From assembly GCA_964620355.1 (NCBI GenBank), contig CAZUIT010000004.1, positions 45,652 to 109,651 on the forward strand: 64,000 nucleotides of DNA, written 5' to 3'. The DNA comes from an uncultured Burkholderiales bacterium (lineage in GTDB: Bacteria > Bacteroidota > Bacteroidia > UBA8524). The notes beneath the pieces were generated by a model. The model did no database searches and was not told the origin of the DNA. It saw only the letters and a program-made list of their open reading frames with translations. How positions within the stretch are numbered: position 1 is the first letter of the stretch; every line of letters begins with the position of its first letter. The position numbers were made by a program, and so were the translations under genes. Shown here one piece after another: positions 19,017-29,202 of the stretch.

Positions 19017-20240
19017 TTAAACTAAGAGTTTAACCGGCTCCTCTATCAACTCTTTCAAGGTCAATAGGAACTGAGAACCCACAACACCATCCACTACACG
19101 ATGGTCGCAGCTGAGGGTTACTTTCATGGTTTTCCCAGGGCGCATTTCACCATTTTTCACGATAACGGTTTCTTTCACACCACCTACTGCAAGAATACAA
19201 GCGTCTGGTGGATTGATGATGGCGGTAAATTCTTCGATGCCGAACATGCCCAAATTAGAGATGGTGAAGGTGTTTCCCTCCCAGTCGCTTGGTTGGAGCT
19301 TTTTGTTTTTGGCTTTTTCTGAGAATACTTTCACCTCGCGGCTGATATCACTCAAGGCTTTATGGTCAGCGAATTTCACAACAGGAACCAAAAGTCCGTC
19401 TTCAACGGCCATGGCAACTCCAATATGGATATGGTGATTGAACCTAATTTTATCGCCTAACCAGCTGCTATTTACGGCTGGGTGCTTTCTTAAGGCAATG
19501 GCAGCTGCCTTCACAATCAAGTCATTCATAGAAATCTTCACATCAGCATATTCGTTGATGCTTGCGCGGGCCGCTACGATGCGATCCATTTCAATTTCCA
19601 TGGTCAGATAAAAATGAGGAGCGGTAAATTTGCTCTCTGCTAAACGACGTGCAATGGTTTTACGCATTTGAGAAACTTTCACTTCCTCGAAGCTTTCCTG
19701 TCCGAAACTTGCTATGGATGCTCCGGCGCCTGATGTGGCTGGAACAAAGTTTTCGATGTCTTTTTTGATGATTCGACCAAAATCGCCACTGCCTTGCACT
19801 TGAGCAAGGTCGATGCCTTTTTCTTCGGCCATTTTCTTAGCAAGTGGACTAGCCTTTAAACGAGTATTATCCGAAGCATTATTCGTTGCTGTCGGAGTTG
19901 AACTAGCTGGAGCCGGGCTTTCTTCAATCGGAGCGCTGGCAACTTCTTCTTCTGCTTTGCTTTCGTTCGCTGCTTCTTTCAAGATGGCTTCTATATCTTC
20001 TCCTTCTTTTCCTACTACTGCGATTACCGAATCAACCGGAACAGCATCTCCTTCAGCGATGCCGATATGCAAAAGAACGCCTTTCACATAGTTCTCAAGT
20101 TCCATGGTTGCTTTGTCGGTTTCAACCTCGGCTAGGATATCTCCCGGCGCAACGGTATCACCAACTTTTTTATTCCAAGCCACAATAACTCCTTCTGTCA
20201 TTGTATCACTCATCTTGGGCATGCGGATTACTTCGGCCAT
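19017..20240 (-). CDS. Dihydrolipoamide acyltransferase (E2) of a 2-oxoacid dehydrogenase complex, PDH-type
   Basis: N-terminal lipoyl domain MAEVIRMPKMSDTMTEG...ETDKATME, an Ala/Pro-rich linker, and a catalytic DHRVVDG motif. A TAATTTTG -7 box lies 25 nt upstream of the ATG. Confidence 0.85.
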   Translation of the reverse strand: MAEVIRMPKMSDTMTEGVIVAWNKKVGDTVAPGDILAEVETDKATMELENYVKGVLLHIGIAEGDAVPVDSVIAVVGKEGEDIEAILKEAANESKAEEEVASAPIEESPAPASSTPTATNNASDNTRLKASPLAKKMAEEKGIDLAQVQGSGDFGRIIKKDIENFVPATSGAGASIASFGQESFEEVKVSQMRKTIARRLAESKFTAPHFYLTMEIEMDRIVAARASINEYADVKISMNDLIVKAAAIALRKHPAVNSSWLGDKIRFNHHIHIGVAMAVEDGLLVPVVKFADHKALSDISREVKVFSEKAKNKKLQPSDWEGNTFTISNLGMFGIEEFTAIINPPDACILAVGGVKETVIVKNGEMRPGKTMKVTLSCDHRVVDGVVGSQFLLTLKELIEEPVKLLV

Positions 20241-20900
20241 CTCTTGATTTTTTTATAAGGTTGTGCAAAATTAATCCTTTGAGCCACAAATACCACCTGC
20301 GTTTGAACTTTCTCTAAGATGCCTGAGTATCAGATTAATTATTCGGATTCCTTCCGCAACTGTTCTTGATTGTTTCTTGAATGGATTTATTTGAAAGCGT
20401 AAAAATGCAGGAAGAATTGGGTTAATCTTAGCATACTGGAATGTATGGTAGAAGCCGAACCAATAGCTAGATCCTTGTCTTTTGCCTATACAACCAATAG
20501 GATTGAACTCCCCATAGGAGATTCTTCGTTTCGCAGGTTTAAGGAATGAGTAGTGAATACGACCGCATGCCCGACTGAAGTCTACGCAGATTATATTCAA
20601 CTGTGGAAGGATGTGTTGAGTAAGAATTTTTTTGTCGATTCTCGAAACTTAAATTGCACCCCAATAAATGGCGTGGTAGGGCTTGTGGAGGCCATCGCTT
20701 GAAGTGAGCCTACAGAGATACTTATCATCACCCCCTTTGATCATCCCGAATTTATAGATTTGATTCGGGACTTTCTGAAAGTATATGTGCTCCATACATC
20801 GGCCTCGAATCATTGGAAAATTACGGCTCAGCATTTGGAAACAGGGTGTCGAGAAAATGCTAATCTCACGGAAGGTGCCTTGATTTACTAGCCTGAATCT

Positions 20901-21464
20901 TTGTCCGGAATCAGTTGGAAGGCGTTTGAATTGAAGCGTTTAGCTGAAATAGCACTAAACTTCCCATTGATTTGTAGTCGAGAAACTTTTTTGCATACAA
21001 CAGCAGAAGAAAGCCTTTTTCATTTTCTTCCCAATTCAAGCATTTGCTACATAAATCCGTTTCAGTCTTTTCGAAGAGCCACTTGGAAAAAGGGAATTGT
21101 TAGCCTTCCAAAAGATTTAGATAAAGAACACTTCTTTGAGAAACAGGAGTGGGATTTATTTTGCTTGGATATTAATGAATTAGACTTCTATATTTTTAGT
21201 CTTAGTTGGAAGAGCATTTTTTCCAATTACGATATTTGCGAAGAAATTCAGCATGCATGTGGCGTCCAGCTCGTTCCTAGTAGCCACTTAGGGCTTTCGC
21301 CAAACACTTTGGTGGCGAATATGGGGCTAAGCAATATTGGCTCTCTTCATTGGGTGGAGTTTGTAGAAAATTACAAAGTGGACCCATCATTTTTGTACAA
21401 GCATTTTTGGAATTGTATCGATGGTGCACAAAAGCTGATGAAGTACTTGAATCACTTCCATTAA
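20901..21464 (+). CDS. Hypothetical protein
   Basis: ORF only; I recognise no motif. The start is not an ATG. Confidence 0.25.
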   Translation: MSGISWKAFELKRLAEIALNFPLICSRETFLHTTAEESLFHFLPNSSICYINPFQSFRRATWKKGIVSLPKDLDKEHFFEKQEWDLFCLDINELDFYIFSLSWKSIFSNYDICEEIQHACGVQLVPSSHLGLSPNTLVANMGLSNIGSLHWVEFVENYKVDPSFLYKHFWNCIDGAQKLMKYLNHFH

Positions 21465-21515
21465 ATGTTGAAAAAGGGAGCATAACCTTTGCTTCTATCC
21501 ACCTAATTTTGAGAC

Positions 21516-22310
21516 ATGGATCAGTACGAAAAACTGCTTCGTCACGTGTACGAAAACGGAGTTAGCAAAACCGATCGCACGGGCACAGGCACCCGCTCTG
21601 TTTTTGGTTATCAAATGCGCTTTAATTTACAAGATGGCTTTCCCCTTGTGAGCACTAAGAAGGTGCACCTCAAATCCATCATCCATGAATTGCTCTGGTT
21701 CCTCAAGGGAGAAACGAATACCGCCTATCTCAAAGAAAATGGAGTAAGCATTTGGAATGAGTGGGAAGATGAAAACGGCGATTTAGGTCCGGTGTACGGG
21801 TATCAATGGCGCAGCTGGCCCAAGGCAGATGGAACCCATATTGACCAGATGCAGCAGGTCTTAAATCAGATTAAAAGCACCCCGGATTCCCGCAGAATGA
21901 TTGTGAGCGCTTGGAATGTGTCTGACCTCGATAAGATGGCCCTAATGCCATGTCACGCATTCTTTCAGTTCTATGTTGCTGATGGAAAGCTAAGCTGTCA
22001 ACTTTACCAACGAAGTGCCGACCTCTTCTTAGGAGTTCCTTTTAATATCGCTTCTTATGCCCTGTTGACCATGATGGTGGCTCAGGAATGCGGACTCGAA
22101 TACGGCGATTTTATTCATACCTTGGGCGATGCTCATATCTACTCCAATCATTTTGAACAGGTGGAATTGCAATTGAGTAGAGCTCCCCATCCTTATCCAA
22201 AAATGAACATGAATCCTGATGTAAAGTCTGTATTCGATTTTGTTTTTGATGATTTTACATTAGAAAATTACCAGCCTCACCCTGCTATTAAAGCTCCGGT
22301 GGCAGTATAA
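21516..22310 (+). CDS. thyA: Thymidylate synthase
   Basis: [20 protein letters not shown]...[10 protein letters not shown] is the canonical ThyA sequence. Confidence 0.95.
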   Translation: MDQYEKLLRHVYENGVSKTDRTGTGTRSVFGYQMRFNLQDGFPLVSTKKVHLKSIIHELLWFLKGETNTAYLKENGVSIWNEWEDENGDLGPVYGYQWRSWPKADGTHIDQMQQVLNQIKSTPDSRRMIVSAWNVSDLDKMALMPCHAFFQFYVADGKLSCQLYQRSADLFLGVPFNIASYALLTMMVAQECGLEYGDFIHTLGDAHIYSNHFEQVELQLSRAPHPYPKMNMNPDVKSVFDFVFDDFTLENYQPHPAIKAPVAV

Positions 22311-22340
22311 CACGAAACGCCGTCTTTCGGACGTTCTTCT

Positions 22341-23453
22341 ATGGTGAAGCCAAGCTTAATCCTCTTTTTTTGTCTATTTTTTTCTTCGCTGCTTAAAGGC
22401 CAAGTGGAGCTGGATACAAGTATTACGAAGGAGCGGCTTGCTGAGATTTTCCTTGGCGAAGGTGTTCGGATTTTAAATGTTAAAGTTCATGGCAATCCAT
22501 CAAGCATGGGTGCCTTCACTGCCAGGCGATCTAATTTTCCAATGGAAGAAGGAATAGTGCTTTCCACTGGTCGCGTGAGTGCCATTGCCAGGCAGAATGA
22601 GTCGGGAAAAACCACCACATCCATGAAGGAAGGCATGGGGGCAGATTACGATTTAAGCCGAATGGTGAGTCGTCAGGTATTTAATAGCACCGTGATTGAA
22701 TTCGACTTCGTGCCCATGTTTGATAGTCTGTATTTCGATTATGTATTCGCCTCAGAAGAGTATCCCGAATATGTGGGGAGTCCATATAACGATGTGTTTG
22801 CCTTGTTGATTCTGGGTCCAAATTTTAGGAAACCAACGAATTTGGCTAGGATAGGAAATCCAGCATCTATGGTGATGATTAACTCTGTGAATCATAAAAA
22901 AAATAGTGATCTCTTCATTCCTAACTACCGTTTTGATTCCACTGAATTTATTCCCTATACCGTTGAATTTGATGGGTTTACCAAGATGCTTACTGCTTCC
23001 TGCAAGGTAACCCGTGGAAAAATACATCACCTCAAAATTGCCATTGGAAACGTCAATGACTTTAGTTATGATTCGGGTGTCTTTCTACGTGCTGGCTCCT
23101 TTGGTAGTCGTGGCGGGCATATGCCACAACAATTGCCCTTCGACTTCGATGCACGGAATCCGGAAGAGGGGTATGAAAGGGTATTGGATAGTCTTGCTCT
23201 ACTCATGACCTCAAATCCTTCATGGAAAATGGCTGTTTTGGGCCATACCGATAGCTTCGGAACGGAAGAATACAACAAGAAATTATCTCAGGAAAGGGCC
23301 GATGAAGTTGCCAAGGCACTCATTGCAAGAGGTGTAAAGCCGAAGCAGCTTTTTGTTCGGGGCTACGGCGCTAGCAAACCCCTGCGCGACAATAAAGACG
23401 AGGAAGGAAGACGTAAAAACAGGCGCGTTGAAATCCTAATTCGGGAATTGTGA
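22341..23453 (+). CDS. Choice-of-anchor L domain protein with a C-terminal OmpA-family peptidoglycan-binding domain
   Basis: FASEEYPEYVGSPYNDVFALL is the choice-of-anchor L motif. C-terminal GHTDSFGTEEYNKKLSQERA...RRVEIL is an OmpA_C domain. Signal peptide present. Confidence 0.7.
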   Translation: MVKPSLILFFCLFFSSLLKGQVELDTSITKERLAEIFLGEGVRILNVKVHGNPSSMGAFTARRSNFPMEEGIVLSTGRVSAIARQNESGKTTTSMKEGMGADYDLSRMVSRQVFNSTVIEFDFVPMFDSLYFDYVFASEEYPEYVGSPYNDVFALLILGPNFRKPTNLARIGNPASMVMINSVNHKKNSDLFIPNYRFDSTEFIPYTVEFDGFTKMLTASCKVTRGKIHHLKIAIGNVNDFSYDSGVFLRAGSFGSRGGHMPQQLPFDFDARNPEEGYERVLDSLALLMTSNPSWKMAVLGHTDSFGTEEYNKKLSQERADEVAKALIARGVKPKQLFVRGYGASKPLRDNKDEEGRRKNRRVEILIREL

Positions 23454-23652
23454 ATTGTGATTTATGATTTGGGTTCAATCATCCACCGTAGGGGCAGAAA
23501 ACCTTCTGCCCTTTCTCGCATCAAATAAAACCCACCATCAAAACAACAACCCATCATCTACCCAACCCAAAATCCCACCGTCGCCATGTCGCATCATCGC
23601 CATGTCGAAAGTCGAAAAGTCGATGAGTCGAAACGTCGACCCGTCGCGAAGC

Positions 23653-23686
23653 AAAAAAAAGCGGATAGTCGAAACCATCCGCTTTA
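23653..23686. terminator. Bidirectional rho-independent terminator between the convergent OmpA-like gene and pckA
   Basis: A8-GCGGAT-loop-ATCCGC-TTT. On the minus strand the stem is followed by T8. Confidence 0.6.
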
Positions 23687-23703
23687 AATAAAGTATCGAA
23701 TTA

Positions 23704-25293
23704 TTAGTTCGAAGCGCTCGCTGCTTTAGGGGCAGCAGCCTTGATATCATCCGTTACGCCATCAGCAAATTGACCGAAGTTTTTCACGAATAAATCAGCG
23801 AGGTGAGCGGCTTTTGCATCATACGCAGCAGCATCCTTCCAAGTATTTCTTGGGTTCAAGATTTCTGAAGGTACATCTGGGCAACTTGTTGGAATACGCA
23901 TGCCGAATACTGGCAATGTATCATAGTTCACATTGTCAAGTTTTCCATCCAATGCAGCAGTAATCATGGCACGGGTATAAGAAAGTTTCATTCGATTACC
24001 TACTCCATAAGGGCCACCAGTCCAGCCCGTATTGATCAACCAAACGCGTGCTCCGCTTTCTTTCAATTTTTCGCCTAACATAGTTGCATACTTTCCAGGG
24101 TGCAATGGCAAGAACGCTTTTCCGAAACAAGCAGAGAATGTAGCTTGTGGCTCCGTAACGCCAGCCTCAGTTCCAGCAACTTTGGCGGTATATCCGCTGA
24201 TGAAGTGGTACATGGCTTGTTCTGGAGTTAGCTGAGAAATTGGAGGTAAAACACCAAAGGCATCAGCCGTTAAGAAGAAGATATTTTTAGGGGTATCTCC
24301 AACTGAAGGTACTGCAATATTGTCGACCAAATCAATTGGGTAGGCAGCACGGGTGTTTTCCGTTACGCTAACATTGGTATAGTCTACATCACGCGTTCCG
24401 TCAATCATACGCACGTTTTCAACGAGGGCACCAAAACGAATCGCATTGTAAATTTGTGGTTCTTTTTCTGCAGTTAGGTCAATACACTTGGCATAGCAAC
24501 CTCCTTCGAAATTGAATACAGATCCTTTCGCCCATCCGTGCTCGTCGTCACCGATAAGCTTACGCGTTGGATCAGCTGAAAGGGTGGTTTTTCCGGTACC
24601 AGAAAGACCGAAGAAAATGGCTGTGTCACCAGCTTGTCCAATATTTGCAGAACAATGCATGCTCAAAGTATTGCGCTCATGCGGAAGCACGTAGTTCAAT
24701 ACTGTGAAAATTCCCTTTTTAATTTCTCCAGTATATCCTGTTCCACCAATCAAAATAATCTTTTTGGTAAAATCGGTGATGGCGAAATTATGCTGACGTG
24801 TTCCATCAATAGTTGGACTAGCCATAAAAGAAGGAGCAGCCATGATTAACCAATCGTGTTGCTGTGTCTTTAATTCTTCTGTGCTAGGGCGCAAGAATAG
24901 GTTGTTAGCGAACAGATTTTGGTAAGCGGTTTCATTGATTACCTTGATGTTCAAGCGGTAGTTGTTGTCGGCACATGCGTAGGCATCGCGAACAAAAACT
25001 TCTTTGCCTTCGTAATGAGCAATCACCTTGTCGAGCAATTGATCAAATTTTTCACCTTCAAAACGGTTGTTTACATCACCCCACCAAACAGAATCTTTGG
25101 TATTGTCGTCGTAAACAACGAATTTGTCTTTGGGAGAACGACCCGTAAATTCACCGGTGTCTGCTGCCAATGCTCCTGTGCTAGTGAGTTCGCCCTCTCC
25201 GCGAAGGATGGCTTGCTCAACCAATTCGGCAGGCGACAAATTCATGTGCGCCTTGGATGCTTTACTGATAATTTTTTCTACGATTGAATTCAT
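23704..25293 (-). CDS. pckA: Phosphoenolpyruvate carboxykinase (ATP)
   Basis: 529 aa with the kinase-1a motif GLSGTGKTT and global PckA similarity. Confidence 0.95.
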   Translation of the reverse strand: MNSIVEKIISKASKAHMNLSPAELVEQAILRGEGELTSTGALAADTGEFTGRSPKDKFVVYDDNTKDSVWWGDVNNRFEGEKFDQLLDKVIAHYEGKEVFVRDAYACADNNYRLNIKVINETAYQNLFANNLFLRPSTEELKTQQHDWLIMAAPSFMASPTIDGTRQHNFAITDFTKKIILIGGTGYTGEIKKGIFTVLNYVLPHERNTLSMHCSANIGQAGDTAIFFGLSGTGKTTLSADPTRKLIGDDEHGWAKGSVFNFEGGCYAKCIDLTAEKEPQIYNAIRFGALVENVRMIDGTRDVDYTNVSVTENTRAAYPIDLVDNIAVPSVGDTPKNIFFLTADAFGVLPPISQLTPEQAMYHFISGYTAKVAGTEAGVTEPQATFSACFGKAFLPLHPGKYATMLGEKLKESGARVWLINTGWTGGPYGVGNRMKLSYTRAMITAALDGKLDNVNYDTLPVFGMRIPTSCPDVPSEILNPRNTWKDAAAYDAKAAHLADLFVKNFGQFADGVTDDIKAAAPKAASASN

Positions 25294-25320
25294 TACTTAA
25301 AGTAATTAATATAAAGGGGC

Positions 25321-25328
25321 AAAAATAG
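25321..25328 (-). promoter_or_regulatory. Candidate Bacteroidota -7 promoter element TATTTTTG for pckA
   Basis: The reverse complement of CAAAAATA matches TAnnTTTG, 25 nt upstream of the pckA ATG. Confidence 0.35.
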
Positions 25329-25420
25329 GCATTCATGTGAAATAGTGCTAATACAGATGCTATAGATTCTGATTTTTAATGCACAATGTCTATAATTATG
25401 GATGCATATCGCATTCTTGA

Positions 25421-25428
25421 AATTCCTA
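25421..25428 (+). promoter_or_regulatory. Candidate -7 promoter element TATATTTG for the 25457-29132 operon
   Basis: Exact TAnnTTTG, 28 nt upstream of the ATG at 25457. Confidence 0.35.
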
Positions 25429-25456
25429 TATTTGATAGTTAACTAACCTACTCGCT

Positions 25457-25738
25457 ATGGAACCAGCTACGATAAACAAAGAAGAAATTAAAGGTAAAGT
25501 GCGTTTCCCTTCTGTCGATGTCCTTGTAACCAAAGAGGCTAAAGAGGAGCGGAAAAAGAAATTGGACAAGGCCATGTTATTAGGAAATGGCTATAAAGGA
25601 AAGATTAAAATCATCTTCAATACAGAAGAGGGTGAACGTATGGTTGAAACTACTGTTTGGGCTACAACCGATTCAACTATTCAGCTAAAGGGCGATGTTT
25701 CTATCCCCATCCATGCCATCCGCGATGTGATTATTTAG
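25457..25738 (+). CDS. Small hypothetical protein (93 aa), first gene of the operon
   Basis: The ORF stop abuts the ATG of the next gene (TAG then ATG). The sequence is Lys-rich and beta-rich. Confidence 0.4.
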   Translation: MEPATINKEEIKGKVRFPSVDVLVTKEAKEERKKKLDKAMLLGNGYKGKIKIIFNTEEGERMVETTVWATTDSTIQLKGDVSIPIHAIRDVII

Positions 25739-26878
25739 ATGGTTCATGCCTTAAGTAAGCTCAGTTATGGGAATCAAGTCACCCTCTATCAAGGTGGAAA
25801 AGAGTACTTTGAGACGCTCTATGCACGGTTGAAAGAGGCGCATACTTTTATCCATATTCAGGTTTATATTCTGGCCAATGATCAAACGGGTCAGCGCTTA
25901 TTAGATGCCTTATTTGAGGCCGCTAGCCGGGGTGTTCAAGTATTTCTTATGTTGGATTCATTCGGTTGCTCTTGGGTACGAACGAAGCAAATTAAATTGT
26001 GGAAAGAAAGGGGGGTGCGCGTCAAATTATTCTCTCGAAGACTCCGTTTTCATAATTTGGTACTTGGACGTAGGCAGCATTCAAAACTTTTTATAATCGA
26101 TAATGAATGGATGAGTCTTGGTGGCTTAAACATGGCTGATCGATACAGTGGTTTTGATGGTTATACGCCATGGTTGGATATCGCATGCTGGGTGTATGGG
26201 CCCGCAGCTAAAGAGTTGAATGCACGTTGTGCGGTCTATTGGCCGAGGAAAATCAGGCGTTATTTAAGGAGTCAAAAGGGAATTGGGCCACAAAAAGAAG
26301 GAGTTAGCATTCAGATTCTTCTAAACGATTGGCTTAGGAATCGATTTGAAGTAAAAAACGCCTACCGAGAGGCGTTCGAGGGGGCGGAAAAGGAAATTTT
26401 AATTGTGGCGGCCTATTTTTTTCCAGCCCGACGCATGCTCAAACTATTAACAGAAAAGGCCAGATCAGGAGTCAAAGTCCGCTTGGTTTTTTCATCCGTG
26501 AGCGACGTTCCATTTGTGAAACCGGCGATGGAATATTTTTATAACCGGCTGCAGAAGGAAGGAGTGGAGATTCAAGAATGGCAAGAGAGCATTCTGCATG
26601 CAAAAGTGGCGGTGGTTGATAAGACTTGGTTTACTTTAGGTTCGTATAACCTTAATCAGTTGAGTGATTATGGAAGTTTAGAAACAAATTTAGGCATTCA
26701 TGATTCAGCGCTTACTGAACTTTTTCTCAATGAGTTAGAGTTGAGTGTATACCCCAAAAGCCGCGTGGTAAGGACGATAACCTCAAATTGGTATTGTCAA
26801 TTTAAGCGATACTTTTCCTATCTTGTGCTCCGATTTTCGCTGAATCTGATTTTATTATTGAACCGCCATAAACGGTAA
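25739..26878 (+). CDS. Phospholipase D / cardiolipin-synthase-like protein with two HKD motifs
   Basis: HSKLFIIDNEWMSLGGLN and HAKVAVVDKTWFTLGSYN are two H-x-K-x4-D motifs. Confidence 0.75.
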   Translation: MVHALSKLSYGNQVTLYQGGKEYFETLYARLKEAHTFIHIQVYILANDQTGQRLLDALFEAASRGVQVFLMLDSFGCSWVRTKQIKLWKERGVRVKLFSRRLRFHNLVLGRRQHSKLFIIDNEWMSLGGLNMADRYSGFDGYTPWLDIACWVYGPAAKELNARCAVYWPRKIRRYLRSQKGIGPQKEGVSIQILLNDWLRNRFEVKNAYREAFEGAEKEILIVAAYFFPARRMLKLLTEKARSGVKVRLVFSSVSDVPFVKPAMEYFYNRLQKEGVEIQEWQESILHAKVAVVDKTWFTLGSYNLNQLSDYGSLETNLGIHDSALTELFLNELELSVYPKSRVVRTITSNWYCQFKRYFSYLVLRFSLNLILLLNRHKR

Positions 26879-26880
26879 CT

Positions 26881-28503
26881 ATGTTTAAACACCTCAAAGA
26901 CGATTTACCGGCCTCATTGGTCGTGTATCTCGTGGCATTACCCTTATGTTTAGGGATTGCTATTGCATCTGATGCTCCTTTGTTTTCTGGTATGATCGCC
27001 GGAATCATTGGAGGAATTGTGGTCGGTAGCCTAAGTGGATCTTCTTTAAGTGTTAGTGGTCCTGCTGCTGGGCTTGCTGTGATAGTAGCAAGTGATATTC
27101 AAAACTTAGGAGACGTCGTCGCGCTTGACAAGATGGCTGCGTTGGATGGAGCGAAAAGCCTTGGCCTGGAAAGTGCTTTTGAGCTTTTCCTATTGTCTGT
27201 AGTCATTGCTGGAGTCTTTCAGTTTATTCTGGGTGCGCTGAAAGCCGGACGCATCGGTAATTATATTCCAAGCTCAGTTATTAAGGGAATGCTTGCTGCC
27301 ATTGGTTTGCTTCTTATTTTAAAACAAATTCCCCATGCTTTGGGAGTTGATACCGATTTTGAAGGGGATGAGTCTTTCATACAGGAAGATGGAGAAAACA
27401 CCCTTACTGAAATGTGGCATGCGTTTTTAGATTTTGCACCTGGTGCATTATTCATATCGCTCATTGCAGGCACAATCGTAATGGCGTGGGGGCTCAAATC
27501 ACTCAAACGCTATCTTTTATTTAAGTACATACCTGGCGCTTTGGTGGCAGTAATTTTGGGCGCATTAATCAATACGGCTTTTGGAATATGGATGCCTGAA
27601 TGGCAGCTTTCAGGGGATCATTTGGTTCGTTTACCACTCGATTCAGTACAAGGAAATCCTCAAGACCTTATCACATTGCCCGATTTTCGCGGCATTCAGC
27701 TACCCATTATTTGGAAAATTGCAGCCGTAATTGCCATCATCGCCTCCTTGGAATCTTTGCTATCGCTCGAAGCAAGTGATAAACTCGACCCTTTGCGTAG
27801 GATATCTCCACCAAATAAGGAGCTTAAGGCCCAAGGAATTGGAAATATAGTAAGTGGAATGATCGGTGGTTTACCGGTTACGGCAGTTATCGTGAGGAGT
27901 TCGGCGAATGTTGTTGCCGGAGCCCAGTCTCGACTTTCAGCAGTGGCACATGGTGTATTACTCCTCCTCTCCGTGCTATTGTTTCCGCAACTATTGAACT
28001 ATATCCCTAAATCAGCTCTTGCCGTTGTTTTGATTTTGGTTGGGTATAAATTGGTGAGCTGGGATGTTATTAAGCAGAATTATAATAAGGGGATTAATCA
28101 GTTTGCTCCATTTATAGTCACCGTCATTGCCATTGTGCTAACCGATTTGTTAAAAGGAATCGGGATAGGATTAATCGTCGGGGTAATTTTTGTTATTCGA
28201 TCCAACTACAATAGGGGAGTAACCTTTGTAAAGGAAGGAAATAACTGCCTCATCAAGCTTCGTGATAATGTTAGCTACTTGAATAAAGGATATTTGAGAA
28301 GTGAATTAGAAAAGCTTCCAAATGGAGTCAATGTGCTTATAGATGGCAGTGTGGCTCGATTTGTTGATCCAGACATCTATGAATTGATTGATGATTTTAT
28401 TCGCACCGCAAAGGAGAAGCAGATAAATATCGAGCTAAAAAGAACCATGACCAGCCAGAATGATTTATTTAAAATCGGAGGCAGAAAATTTGATAGTGAA
28501 TGA
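26881..28503 (+). CDS. SulP-family anion transporter with a STAS domain, a BicA-like bicarbonate transporter candidate
   Basis: The N-terminal sulfate-transporter signature and a C-terminal STAS domain. The gap to the upstream PLD gene is 2 nt, and the gene overlaps the downstream carbonic anhydrase by 4 nt (ATGA). Confidence 0.85.
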   Translation: MFKHLKDDLPASLVVYLVALPLCLGIAIASDAPLFSGMIAGIIGGIVVGSLSGSSLSVSGPAAGLAVIVASDIQNLGDVVALDKMAALDGAKSLGLESAFELFLLSVVIAGVFQFILGALKAGRIGNYIPSSVIKGMLAAIGLLLILKQIPHALGVDTDFEGDESFIQEDGENTLTEMWHAFLDFAPGALFISLIAGTIVMAWGLKSLKRYLLFKYIPGALVAVILGALINTAFGIWMPEWQLSGDHLVRLPLDSVQGNPQDLITLPDFRGIQLPIIWKIAAVIAIIASLESLLSLEASDKLDPLRRISPPNKELKAQGIGNIVSGMIGGLPVTAVIVRSSANVVAGAQSRLSAVAHGVLLLLSVLLFPQLLNYIPKSALAVVLILVGYKLVSWDVIKQNYNKGINQFAPFIVTVIAIVLTDLLKGIGIGLIVGVIFVIRSNYNRGVTFVKEGNNCLIKLRDNVSYLNKGYLRSELEKLPNGVNVLIDGSVARFVDPDIYELIDDFIRTAKEKQINIELKRTMTSQNDLFKIGGRKFDSE

Positions 28504-29132
28504 AAGATTACGAAAAACTCTTACTCGCCAATAAAGCCTGGGCAGCCGAAATGAATGAGGCAAACCCTAATTTCTTTGATAATCTAGCCAAAGCCCAAAC
28601 GCCTAAATTTCTATGGATTGGCTGCAGCGATTCACGGGTTCCCGCAAACCAGATTACCGGCACCGAGCCAGGTGAAATTTTCGTTCACCGTAATGTGGCA
28701 AATATGGTAGTTCATACTGATTTAAATATGCTCTCGGTATTGCAATATGCGGTTGAGGTATTGAAGGTAGAACATATTATGGTGGTTGGTCATTATGGTT
28801 GTGGTGGGGTGAAGGCTTCTTTGCAACAGAATCATCTCGGTCTGATAAATAAATGGCTTAGGAATATTAAAGAGGTCTATCAAATGCATAAAGAAGAGAT
28901 AGATATTACGGATGACCTAGACGAACGTGCAAGCCGCCTAGTAGAATTTAATATCCAAGAACAAGTAAAAAACCTGATGAAAACATCCATCATACAAAAG
29001 GCTTGGCAAACGGAACATAGACCCATGCTGCATGGTTGGGTGTATGGCATGGATAAGGGGGAGATCAGCGAAATAATTCGACTGGATCATACCCATGAAA
29101 TTGAGCCTATATTCAAATACACCTTTGACTAG
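28500..29132 (+). CDS. Beta-class carbonic anhydrase
   Basis: CSDSRVP and HYGCGG are zinc-ligand motifs of beta-CA. Confidence 0.9.
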   Translation: MKDYEKLLLANKAWAAEMNEANPNFFDNLAKAQTPKFLWIGCSDSRVPANQITGTEPGEIFVHRNVANMVVHTDLNMLSVLQYAVEVLKVEHIMVVGHYGCGGVKASLQQNHLGLINKWLRNIKEVYQMHKEEIDITDDLDERASRLVEFNIQEQVKNLMKTSIIQKAWQTEHRPMLHGWVYGMDKGEISEIIRLDHTHEIEPIFKYTFD

Positions 29133-29202
29133 TTTTCTAGTACAAAATTTGTTGTAGCCCAGTAAAGGTTTTACGTGGAATTTATTTAAAAAGATGTAAC
29201 CT

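Noticed and set aside
20241-20900. Possible tRNA, tmRNA, RNase P or SRP RNA in the long E2 upstream spacer
   Set aside because: I looked for the T-loop GTTCGAATC-type motifs, the tmRNA GGGGCTGATT/CCACCA ends and the RNase P GGAAAGTCCGG core and found none by eye. This remains open for an Infernal scan.
23540-23650. Low-complexity CCATCATC / CGCCATGTCG / GTCGAAA repeats between the OmpA-like gene and pckA, considered as a CRISPR-like or minisatellite feature
   Set aside because: The units are irregular and 7-10 nt long, with no spacers. I treated it as a simple-sequence spacer preceding the bidirectional terminator.
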